A DNA stretch of 64,000 nucleotides from an uncultured Candidatus Rokubacteria bacterium (lineage in GTDB: Bacteria > Methylomirabilota > Methylomirabilia > Rokubacteriales > CSP1-6), in assembly GCA_963771355.1 (NCBI GenBank), contig CAVYTA010000006.1:1664001-1728000 (forward strand), read 5' to 3'. The stretch's first letter is position 1. Each line of letters begins with the position of its first letter. A program made the position numbers and the translations under genes. The notes under the pieces are model-generated. The model ran no database searches, was not told the origin of the DNA, and saw only the letters and a program-made list of their open reading frames with translations. Shown one piece after another: positions 36,987 through 45,085 of the stretch.

Positions 36987-37676
36987 TCACAGGGTGAGAT
37001 AGGCCCGGCGCACCGATTCGTCGGCCATCAGCCGCGCGATGGGGCCTTCCCACTTGATCTCGCCCTTCTCGATGATATAGGCGCGGTCGGCGAGCCGGGC
37101 CGCGAACCGCAGATTCTGCTCGGAGAGCAGGATGGTCAAGCCCTCGCGCTTCAGCGCGGCGATCTGCTCGCCCAGTGCCCGCACTACCACCGGGGCCAGG
37201 CCCTCGGAAGGCTCGTCGAGCAGGACCAGGCGGGGGTTGCTCATGAGGGTGCGCGCCACCGTGAGCATCTGCTGCTCGCCCCCGGAAAGATTTCCCGCGC
37301 GCCGGCGCACCAGCTCGCCGAGCTTGGGGAACAGCTGGTAGATGCGCGCGGCATGCCACGCGCCCCCCGGCCGCTCGCCCACGCGCAGATTCTCTTCCAC
37401 CGTGAGGTCGCTGAAGATGCGCCGGTCCTCGGGCACCCAGCCCACCCCCAGGCGGGCGATCTGATGCGTGGCGAGACGGGTGATCTCGCGTCCCTCGAGA
37501 TGGACACCGCCGCCGGTGACCTCCACCAGGCCCACGATGGCCTTGAGCGTGGTGGACTTCCCCGCCCCGTTCCGGCCCAGGAGGGAGACCACCTCGCCGG
37601 CGCGCGCCCGGAGACTGACTCCGTGGAGCACGCGCGAGAGCCCGTAGGCGGCGTGAACGCCGGACAGCTCGAGCAC
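36987..37676 (-). CDS. livF: Branched-chain-type ABC transporter ATPase (LivF-like)
   Basis: GTG 37676 overlaps the upstream TAG; LLGRNGAGKSTT, VPEDRRIF, LSGGEQQML, LLDEPSEGLAP. Confidence 0.92.
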   Translation of the reverse strand: MLELSGVHAAYGLSRVLHGVSLRARAGEVVSLLGRNGAGKSTTLKAIVGLVEVTGGGVHLEGREITRLATHQIARLGVGWVPEDRRIFSDLTVEENLRVGERPGGAWHAARIYQLFPKLGELVRRRAGNLSGGEQQMLTVARTLMSNPRLVLLDEPSEGLAPVVVRALGEQIAALKREGLTILLSEQNLRFAARLADRAYIIEKGEIKWEGPIARLMADESVRRAYLTL

Positions 37677-38458
37677 TACTTCTTGTCCTTGTCCGAATAG
37701 CTCACCGCCAGGCCGGCTCCCGCGTCCGCCTGGATGCCGTAGGGCGGGATCGGATAGCGCAGCCCGTTCTTCGACAGCGCGGCCAGGCCCTCGATCACCT
37801 TGGGCAAGAACCGCGGGGGGATGGCCATCAGCAGCTCGTCGTCCGCCACCCCGCCGTAGCGCCGCTCCGCGTAGCAGGGAATGGTCAGGGCGGGCTCGCC
37901 CGTCTTGAGCGCCTTGCCCCAGGAATCGGCGCACGCCGATTCTCCCACCGAGGTGAAGGACAGCTTCTTGTAGCCGATCCACTGGAGCCCGTTGATGAAG
38001 AAGATCATCTGGCCGGGCGTGCCGTAGATCAGGCAGATGTCGGGCGGATCGAGGCGGCCGGAGGTCAGCGGGGCCACCGCCATCGCGCGATAGCGGCCGT
38101 ACGGCACGCAGTCCATGGCGTGCTGGTGCCGGCTCGCGTCCTCCTGCGTCTTGAACCAGACGCCGGCCATGCGGTGGCCCGAGAGCCACTCGTCGTCCTG
38201 CGGCGAGAGCCCGATCACGGCGCCGCATTGCGCCCCCACCAGGTCGGCCATGGTGATGCCCACCGTCCAGCCGAGCTGGCGCGCCTGGGCCACGATCTGG
38301 TCGGTGGTGTGCTTGGCCCGGGGCCGGCGGATCTTGGGAATGGCCTCCATCTCCTCCACCGTCTCGAAGAGCTTCATCCCGATGGGGATGGAGCGTAGCC
38401 GCAGGTGCTGGTTGAGGCCCGCCACGATCGCGTCCCAGTCGTATCGTTCCGTCGTCAT
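37676..38458 (-). CDS. DUF169-family protein
   Basis: PIGMK, QARQLGWT, PDICLIYGTPGQM, ESACADS, IPCYAERRYGGVADDEL. Confidence 0.75.
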   Translation of the reverse strand: MTTERYDWDAIVAGLNQHLRLRSIPIGMKLFETVEEMEAIPKIRRPRAKHTTDQIVAQARQLGWTVGITMADLVGAQCGAVIGLSPQDDEWLSGHRMAGVWFKTQEDASRHQHAMDCVPYGRYRAMAVAPLTSGRLDPPDICLIYGTPGQMIFFINGLQWIGYKKLSFTSVGESACADSWGKALKTGEPALTIPCYAERRYGGVADDELLMAIPPRFLPKVIEGLAALSKNGLRYPIPPYGIQADAGAGLAVSYSDKDKK

Positions 38459-39207
38459 TCCTCGTCTCCCAGATAGACGCGCTGCACTTCCGGATTCGCT
38501 CGCACGTCGGCGGGCTTGCCGTCGGCGATCACCCGGCCCTGGTGCAGCACCATGATGCGGTCGGCCACCGCGAACACCACGTCCATGTCGTGCTCGGTGA
38601 ACAGCACCGTCAGCTCGCGCTCGCGCGCCAGGCGGGCGACCAGCGCCATCAGCGCGCCCCGCTCGCCGGGCGCCATGCCCGCGGTGGGCTCGTCGAGCAG
38701 GAGCACGGTAGGATCATTGGCCAGCGCCACCGCCAGCTCCAGCTTCTTGAGATCGCCATAGGCCAGCACCGCGGCCGGCCGGGCGGCCTGCTCGTCCAGG
38801 CCCACCTGCGCCAGCCGCCGGCGCGACTCCTCGACCTCGAGCCGCGCGGCGGGCGTGAGCAGCGAGTACGTCCGCCGCCGGTACGAGATGCGCGCGACCT
38901 GCACGTTCTCGAGCGCGGTGAGCGACGCGAACGTGGCCGTGATCTGAAACGTCCGGCTCACCCCGCGCCGCCAGATCCGATGCGGCGGCAGCCCGGTCAC
39001 CCGCTCCCCGTTGAGCCGGACCTCGCCCCGATCCGGCCGGAGCTGTCCCGTGAGCATGTTGAAGCACGTGGTCTTTCCCGCGCCATTGGGGCCGATGAGC
39101 GCCCGGAGCTCGCCCCGGGTCAGGGCCAAGTCTACGCCGTCGACGGCGCGGACGCCGCCGAAGGTCTTGGTAAGGCCACGCGTCTCCAATACGGACTGCC
39201 CGCTCAT
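38455..39207 (-). CDS. livG: Branched-chain-type ABC transporter ATPase (LivG-like)
   Basis: FGGVRAVD, IGPNGAGKTT, RTFQI, LAYGDLKKLELA, LLDEPTAGM, TEHDMDVV, VQRVYLG. Confidence 0.92.
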   Translation of the reverse strand: MSGQSVLETRGLTKTFGGVRAVDGVDLALTRGELRALIGPNGAGKTTCFNMLTGQLRPDRGEVRLNGERVTGLPPHRIWRRGVSRTFQITATFASLTALENVQVARISYRRRTYSLLTPAARLEVEESRRRLAQVGLDEQAARPAAVLAYGDLKKLELAVALANDPTVLLLDEPTAGMAPGERGALMALVARLARERELTVLFTEHDMDVVFAVADRIMVLHQGRVIADGKPADVRANPEVQRVYLGDEE

Positions 39208-39238
39208 GCGCTCAACGCGGTAGTAGACGGTTGTCTGC

Positions 39239-41161
39239 TCATGAGGTCGAAGCGGTGGGGGGGTCTGGGGAAGCAGGGCGAGGCGCAGCCGGAGGCGAGC
39301 CGAGCGAAGATGGCGGAGCGGCGCTCGCTCCCCCCCAGCTTAATGATCTGAGATCGAGCACCGCCACCAGCCCACGCGGGAACGCCAGCACGAGCACGAT
39401 CAGGATCCCGCCCAGGAGCGCCTGCCAGTACTCGGTGTAGCGGGTGATCACGGTGTCGAGCAGCTTGTAGGCGACGGCGCCGAGCGGAGGGCCGGCAAAG
39501 GAGCCCACCCCGCCCAGGAGCACCATCACCAGTGGTTGCACCGACATCGGCGCGTCCACATAGGGGGGGAAGACGCTGCCCTTGAGAAAGACGAACACTG
39601 CGCCGCCCAGGCCCGCGAAGAAGGCCGCCACCACGAAGGCCACCAGCCGGTGCACCCGAAGGTTCACCCCCACCGCTTCGGCGCGCCGGGGATGATCGCG
39701 CGCGGCCCGCAGGATGAGCCCGAAGGGCGAGACCATCACGCGGCGGAGCGCGGCCAGTCCGACCACGCCGGCGACGAGCGCGACGTAGTAGTAGCGGATG
39801 GGCGAGGCCAGCCACGGCGGCGGCCATACGCTGAGGAGGCCGTTATCGCCGCCGGTCAGCTCGTCCCACTGGTGGACGACCGCGTAGACGATCTGGGCGA
39901 AGGCCAGGGTGAGCATGGCGAAGTAGATGCTCGAGAGCCGGACGCAGAAGTAACCGAAGACCACCCCCACCAGCGCCGCCACGAAGGGCGCGGCGAGGAA
40001 GGCGGCGGGCATGGGCAGGCCCGCCTGCTTCATGAGAATGGCGGCGCCGTACGCGCCCAGGCCGAAGTAAGCGGCGTGGCCAAAGGAGACCATGCCGCCG
40101 CCCATGAGGAGATAGAGGCTCGCGGCGAAGAGCGTGAAGGCCAGCATCTCGATGAGGAGCCAGACGTGGAAGATGGGGAGGAAGGGCGGCACCACGACGA
40201 GAGCGACCAGGAGGGCGGCCAGCCAGGCACGCGGGATGCCCCGGCCGGTTCCGCCCGTCTCCACCGCGGCCCCCGCCGCGCGGAGCGCCACCTCGGGCCG
40301 GCCGAGAAGTCCCCACGGCCGCACGATCAGCACCACCGCCATCACCCCGAAGATCAGCACGATGGAGATACGCGGCAGGATGAGGATGCCGAAGGCCCCG
40401 AGGACGCCGATGAGGATCGAGGCGAGGAGGGCTCCCCACACCGAGCCCATGCCTCCGACCACCACGACCACGAACGCCTCCACGATCACGGTGGTGTCCA
40501 TCACGGTGGTGAGGGCCACACGCGGCACCTGCAGGGCGCCCGCGAGGCCGGCCAGGAAGCAGCCGAGCACGAACACGCCGGTGAAGAGACGTGACTGATC
40601 CACGCCGAGGGCGGCCACCATCTCGCGATCCTGGGTGGCGGCACGGATGAGGATGCCCCAGCGCGTGCGGTAGAAGAGCGCCCAGAGGCCGAGCGCCACC
40701 GCCGGCCCCACCACCAGCATGGCGAGATCGTAGGTGGGAAAGAGCTGGCCGGCGACCACCACCGAGCCGGCCAGCCCGGGCGCGCTCGGGCCCGTCTTGT
40801 TGTCCGCGCCCCAGAAGTACTTGACCGCGTCCGACACCACCAGGACCAGCGCGAAGGTGAGCAGGAGCTGGTAGAGCTCGGGCGCCCGGTACACGCGGCG
40901 CAGCAGGACCACTTCCACCACCCCGCCCACCAGGCCCGTGGCGAGGGCGGCGGCCAGAATCGCGAGATAGAAGCCGGAGCCGCCTGGCGGGAGCGCGGCC
41001 GCCAGCGCGTAGGTGAGATAGGCGGCCAGCATGTAGAACGACCCGTGGGCGAAATTGACGATGCGGGTGACACCGAAGATCAGTGTGAGCCCCGACGCCA
41101 CCAGGAAGAGGAACATGGCGTTGGCGAGGCCGCTGAGGAGCTGGATGAAGAGGAAGGACAT
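39239..41161 (-). CDS. Fused LivH-LivM ABC permease
   Basis: LivH part GLTLIFGV..NFAHGSFYM..VVVGGMGS..RPWGLLG; LivM part SFGHAAYFGLGAY..YFAMLTLAF..TGGDNGL..VLLGGVGS..FPRGL. Confidence 0.92.
   Translation of the reverse strand: MSFLFIQLLSGLANAMFLFLVASGLTLIFGVTRIVNFAHGSFYMLAAYLTYALAAALPPGGSGFYLAILAAALATGLVGGVVEVVLLRRVYRAPELYQLLLTFALVLVVSDAVKYFWGADNKTGPSAPGLAGSVVVAGQLFPTYDLAMLVVGPAVALGLWALFYRTRWGILIRAATQDREMVAALGVDQSRLFTGVFVLGCFLAGLAGALQVPRVALTTVMDTTVIVEAFVVVVVGGMGSVWGALLASILIGVLGAFGILILPRISIVLIFGVMAVVLIVRPWGLLGRPEVALRAAGAAVETGGTGRGIPRAWLAALLVALVVVPPFLPIFHVWLLIEMLAFTLFAASLYLLMGGGMVSFGHAAYFGLGAYGAAILMKQAGLPMPAAFLAAPFVAALVGVVFGYFCVRLSSIYFAMLTLAFAQIVYAVVHQWDELTGGDNGLLSVWPPPWLASPIRYYYVALVAGVVGLAALRRVMVSPFGLILRAARDHPRRAEAVGVNLRVHRLVAFVVAAFFAGLGGAVFVFLKGSVFPPYVDAPMSVQPLVMVLLGGVGSFAGPPLGAVAYKLLDTVITRYTEYWQALLGGILIVLVLAFPRGLVAVLDLRSLSWGGASAAPPSSLGSPPAAPRPASPDPPTASTS
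39242..39357 (+). repeat. Junction repeat element, copy C (core 39277-39306), read in frame as the permease C-terminal tail
   Basis: Core GGCGAGGCGCAGCCGGAGGCGAGCCGAGCG; flanks TGAGGTCGA (39242-39250) and TGAGATCGA (39349-39357). Confidence 0.85.
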
Positions 41162-41168
41162 GATCCCC

Positions 41169-41206
41169 TCACCTCACCCTCCCCGCACGGCCAGAGGGTG
41201 AGGTGA
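41169..41206. repeat. 13-bp-stem hairpin between the SBP and permease genes
   Basis: TCACCTCACCCTC (41169-41181) pairs with GAGGGTGAGGTGA (41194-41206); on the minus strand it overlaps the permease ribosome-binding region. Confidence 0.7.
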
Positions 41207-41215
41207 AGAGTCCCG

Positions 41216-42439
41216 TCAGTTACCCGTGCGGAGCTTCTTCACGTCGTCGTCGGATGGCAGCACCTTCTCGCCGGGAATGTACTCGTGATTGACCATCACG
41301 CCCACGCCGCGCTTGGGATCGACCTTGGTGGTGCCCACCCACGCGCCCATGGTGGACTGCCCGTCGGAGGCGCGGAAGGTGATGGGACCGATGGGGGTCT
41401 CCACCTTGAGACCCTTGAAGGCGGCCACGAGCTTGTCGGTGTCGGTGCCGCCCGCCTTGCGGATGGCCTCGAAGATCGAGAGATAGGTGACGTAGCCCAC
41501 CAGCGAGCCCAGCATGGGGGGCTTGTCGGTGCGCTTCTGGAACTTCGCCACGAACTCCTTGTGCGCGGGCGTCTGCACGTCGTACCAGGGATAGCCGGTG
41601 ACCAGGGTGCCCTCGGGGGCCTCGGGCCCCAGCGGATCGATGTACTCGGGCTCGCCGAGGAGGATCCCCACCACGAAGGTCTTCTGGAAGAGCCCGCGCT
41701 TCTGCGCCTCGCGGACGAAGGCCAGCCAGTCCGAGCCGAAGAGGGAGACGTAGAGCGCGTCCGGGTTCTGGTTCAGGATGGCCGTCACCATCGGCCCCGG
41801 CTCGATCTTGCCCAGAGTGGGCCAGTGCTCGCCCACGATCTGCACGTCGGGCTTCAGCTCCTTGAGCCGGTCGCGGAACGTCTCCCACGCGCGCTTGCCG
41901 TACTCGTAGTTGGGCCCGATGGTCGCCCACTTGGCGTACTTCATCTTGCCCGCCTTCTCCGCCAGCATGCGGCCCTGCTCGTAGGTGTTCGGGCGCACGC
42001 GCACCACGTAGTCGTGCCCCTTGGCCCACGTGAGCGCCTCGGTGAGGGGCTCGGCGGCCACGAACATGGTCTTGTTCTGCTTGGCCCAGTCCGACACCGC
42101 GAGGCCGACGTTCGAGAGGAAGGTGCCGGAGATGAGGGCGACCTTCTCCGAGGCCACCAGCTCCTGGGCGTGCTTCACCGCCTCCGCGGGCTGGCCCTTG
42201 TCGTCACGGAAGATCACCTCGACCTTTCGCCCATTGACCCCGCCCCGGGAGTTGATCTCCTCCACCGCCATCTCCACCGCGGCCTTGTACGGGCCGGTGA
42301 AGGGCGCGCCGATCCCGCTGAAGGAGTTGATCTCCCCGATGCGGATGGGCGGCGGCGTCTGGGCAACGGCGGGCCCGGTGGCGGCAAGGGTCACGGTCGC
42401 GAGCGCCAGGAAGACGAGGGCGGTGCGTCGCCAGGTCAT
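41216..42439 (-). CDS. Branched-chain-type ABC substrate-binding protein
   Basis: ATG 42439 after AAGGAG; signal peptide; IRIGEINSFSG, AVEEINSRGGVNGRK..RDDKGQP, PNYEYG. Confidence 0.92.
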   Translation of the reverse strand: MTWRRTALVFLALATVTLAATGPAVAQTPPPIRIGEINSFSGIGAPFTGPYKAAVEMAVEEINSRGGVNGRKVEVIFRDDKGQPAEAVKHAQELVASEKVALISGTFLSNVGLAVSDWAKQNKTMFVAAEPLTEALTWAKGHDYVVRVRPNTYEQGRMLAEKAGKMKYAKWATIGPNYEYGKRAWETFRDRLKELKPDVQIVGEHWPTLGKIEPGPMVTAILNQNPDALYVSLFGSDWLAFVREAQKRGLFQKTFVVGILLGEPEYIDPLGPEAPEGTLVTGYPWYDVQTPAHKEFVAKFQKRTDKPPMLGSLVGYVTYLSIFEAIRKAGGTDTDKLVAAFKGLKVETPIGPITFRASDGQSTMGAWVGTTKVDPKRGVGVMVNHEYIPGEKVLPSDDDVKKLRTGN

Positions 42440-42564
42440 GGTGATCTCCTTGTGCCGGGGCGTGGGTCGGGCGGGCCGGGGCCGCTCGAGAGGGACGGAC
42501 GTCGACATCTGCGGATTGAGTAACGCATCGGGAAATGCGTGTCAAGGCCGCCCGCGGGCGGCGG

Positions 42565-44985
42565 TCAGGAGCGCGAGGGCAACGCGGCGCGGGCGGCGTC
42601 GAGGAGAGGCGCGATCGGCTCGATGCGGGCCCGGCTGAAATCCACCGCCACGCGGAGCGCACGGAGCCCCGGCACCCCCTGCAGCTCCTCCAGCTCGAGA
42701 TTCTCGACCTCGCCGTGGAGTGAGCCGAGGGAGTGGAGATAGGCGATGTAGTCGCGGTACTCCGCCGCCTCCGACCCCTGCGAGTAGACGATGGCGATCT
42801 TGCCCGGCTGGGTCAGCCGCTCGGTGGATCCCCGCAGCACCGCCTTGTCGATGCGCTTCTTCATGATCTCGTAGCGAACGTTGTAGGCCCCGTCCACGTC
42901 GAAGCGCTTCTCGTCGAAGCGGAAGCGAATGGCCAGCGGCGCGTGCTGGACGAGGATGAGGTTGGTGATCTCGAGCGGCTCCGCCATCCGGGGCTTCACG
43001 CGCTCCACGTGCACCGCGATGCCGCAGGCCACCATGAGCTGCCAGAGGCGCAGGTTCTTCACGTGCAGCGGAGAGAAGGCCCCTTCCTCGAGCAGCGAGG
43101 CTCCCGCGTAGATGCTGTAGTCCACGCCGTCGGTGCGCTGCATCTCGAAGAAATGCGGGCTCAGCGCCTGGGCGGAGGCTTCCTCGGCTTCGAGGTAGGC
43201 GAGGATGGTATCGTTGATGAGCCCCACCGTGTCCTCGAAGGCGCGCCGGCGCTTGCCCACCGCGCCCAGCTGCGGATCCAGCGCCGCGCGATAGGCCTCG
43301 ATGCGGTCGCGCACCTCCGGGCCGTAGCCCTCGAGATGCTCGTAGAGGGTCTCGACTTCCCGGCGCAGGAAGGCAACCACCCCCGCCTCGTCCCCTGCGC
43401 CCATCCGGACCTCCACCGCGTCGGCGTGGGAGGCGATCCGGTGTCGGATCTGGTCGAGGATGGGCATGGGACGCATGCGATGGGCGGCCTCGAACACGTC
43501 CCGGGCCAGGCCGAGCTGGGCCAGCAGGTCGCCCTGGATGGCCCAGGACCGGTGGTTGGACGAGCCGCGGATGTCCGAGAGTGCGTACAGCGGGTGGACG
43601 TCGCGAAAGACGATAGGCTCCATCTCGCTGCCCGCGTCGGCCCCCCCCGCCGATCGCTCGAGCATGCTGAGCACGGCCTGGCGGAACCGCCACTCCACCA
43701 CCGGGTGGATGGCGGTGCACCGCTGCTTGATGACCGCCTGCACGCGGTTGTTCAGCTCGTCCATGCTGCGCTTCACCGCCATGGCGAAGAGCGGCATGAT
43801 CTGCAGCAGCTGCGGCGTGTGGGTGACGTTCAGCGCACCCGGGGTGGGAGAGACCAGCTTGAGCCCGCCAATGAGCTCGCCCTGGTAGAGGAGCGGCGCC
43901 ACCATCACGCTCCGATACCCCGCGGCGAGGAGGCCCTCCTCGACGCGGGTGCGGTCGGGATAGGTCTGGAGGTCCTCGATGATGATGGGGCGCTCCTCGC
44001 GCGCGGCCCGCTCGTGGATGGAGCCCGCGAAGTCGGCCACCTTCTGCTTCATGGAATCCGCGAAGATGCACGCGTGCTCGAAACGATTGCCGAACTGGAG
44101 GGTGAGCACCCGGTCGCCCTCGATGGCGGCCAAGCCCAGCTCCAGCTCGGGCCGGCGGAAGAGGGCCCGCATCTTGTCCTGCAGCTCCTGGAAGCGCTCG
44201 GTGGAGACGATGGACTCCTTGTCGATGAGGTCTCGCTCGATCGAGGACAGCACTTCCGGCTCCGTCACCTCGATCGCGCGCACCACCGAGAAGCCGCGGA
44301 TCACGAAGCGGTCGGCGGGCAGGATGTCCATCAGCACGGCGGCGTCGGCGGCGTGGGCGCGCACGCGCCGCAGATCTGCTTCGGACAGGGCGGGGGCCTC
44401 ACCGACCACGTCCACGTCGAGGAAGCGACGGCTGGTGATGAGCTTGAAGTGGCGGTCGAGGCCGGTATCGGGATCCTTGATGACGGCCACCCACGGGAAC
44501 TCGATGCCGAGGTCGACGCCATAGACGCGCTCCAGGATCAGCGAGTACGCGTTGAGGATGCGGACCTGCAGCACGAGCGCGATGTCCGCGTCCATGCGGA
44601 ACTGGAGCGCGCCGTCGGGACCGGCGAGCAACCGCTTGAAGCCCGGGGTGGAGTAGAAGCTCTGCAGCCGGAACGGCAAGAGGGCGGCCGCGTGCTCCTC
44701 GTTCTGGAAGGTGGGCGCGAAGACCGCGGTCATGAGCGCGTGGAGCAGGTCCTCGTGCGCCCTCACGGCGGCCGGATCGACCCCCGGGCCCGTCAGCCCC
44801 GGCGCCTCCCTCACCTGCTCCAGCACGGACCGGGCGGCAGCGGCGAACACGGATGCGCCGCCGGCGATCTCGTGCTCCCAGTACCGGATGAGGGGCGCCA
44901 GGCTGAACTCGGTCCGGAAGGGAAACCCCAGCACGGCCGAGGCGATGGAAGTCTGCGCTCCGGGCAGATGCGCGAGCGGGGTCAT
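42565..44985 (-). CDS. GAF-domain-containing protein with an uncharacterised C-terminal domain
   Basis: GAF-like segment (PIIIEDL..GYRSVMVAPLLYQGELIGGLKL); C-terminal motifs TAIHPVVEWRF, LSDIRGSS, RTDGVDY, LRLWQL, RFDVDGAYNVRYE.KKRIDKA. Confidence 0.8.
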   Translation of the reverse strand: MTPLAHLPGAQTSIASAVLGFPFRTEFSLAPLIRYWEHEIAGGASVFAAAARSVLEQVREAPGLTGPGVDPAAVRAHEDLLHALMTAVFAPTFQNEEHAAALLPFRLQSFYSTPGFKRLLAGPDGALQFRMDADIALVLQVRILNAYSLILERVYGVDLGIEFPWVAVIKDPDTGLDRHFKLITSRRFLDVDVVGEAPALSEADLRRVRAHAADAAVLMDILPADRFVIRGFSVVRAIEVTEPEVLSSIERDLIDKESIVSTERFQELQDKMRALFRRPELELGLAAIEGDRVLTLQFGNRFEHACIFADSMKQKVADFAGSIHERAAREERPIIIEDLQTYPDRTRVEEGLLAAGYRSVMVAPLLYQGELIGGLKLVSPTPGALNVTHTPQLLQIMPLFAMAVKRSMDELNNRVQAVIKQRCTAIHPVVEWRFRQAVLSMLERSAGGADAGSEMEPIVFRDVHPLYALSDIRGSSNHRSWAIQGDLLAQLGLARDVFEAAHRMRPMPILDQIRHRIASHADAVEVRMGAGDEAGVVAFLRREVETLYEHLEGYGPEVRDRIEAYRAALDPQLGAVGKRRRAFEDTVGLINDTILAYLEAEEASAQALSPHFFEMQRTDGVDYSIYAGASLLEEGAFSPLHVKNLRLWQLMVACGIAVHVERVKPRMAEPLEITNLILVQHAPLAIRFRFDEKRFDVDGAYNVRYEIMKKRIDKAVLRGSTERLTQPGKIAIVYSQGSEAAEYRDYIAYLHSLGSLHGEVENLELEELQGVPGLRALRVAVDFSRARIEPIAPLLDAARAALPSRS

Positions 44986-44994
44986 GGGACGTCC

Positions 44995-45024
44995 AGTGTA
45001 GCACCGGAAGGCGCATGCTACGAT
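44995..45024. promoter_or_regulatory. Back-to-back extended -10 promoters for the GAF gene and the kdsB operon
   Basis: Minus strand TGCTACACT (45003-44995), 9 nt before ATG 44985; plus strand TGCTACGAT (45016-45024), 8 nt before ATG 45033. Confidence 0.5.
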
Positions 45025-45085
45025 GTGGGGCGATGCGCAACCGCCCCGTAAGTACTCGAGAGTACAAGCGCTCGTGCCAGCCCAC

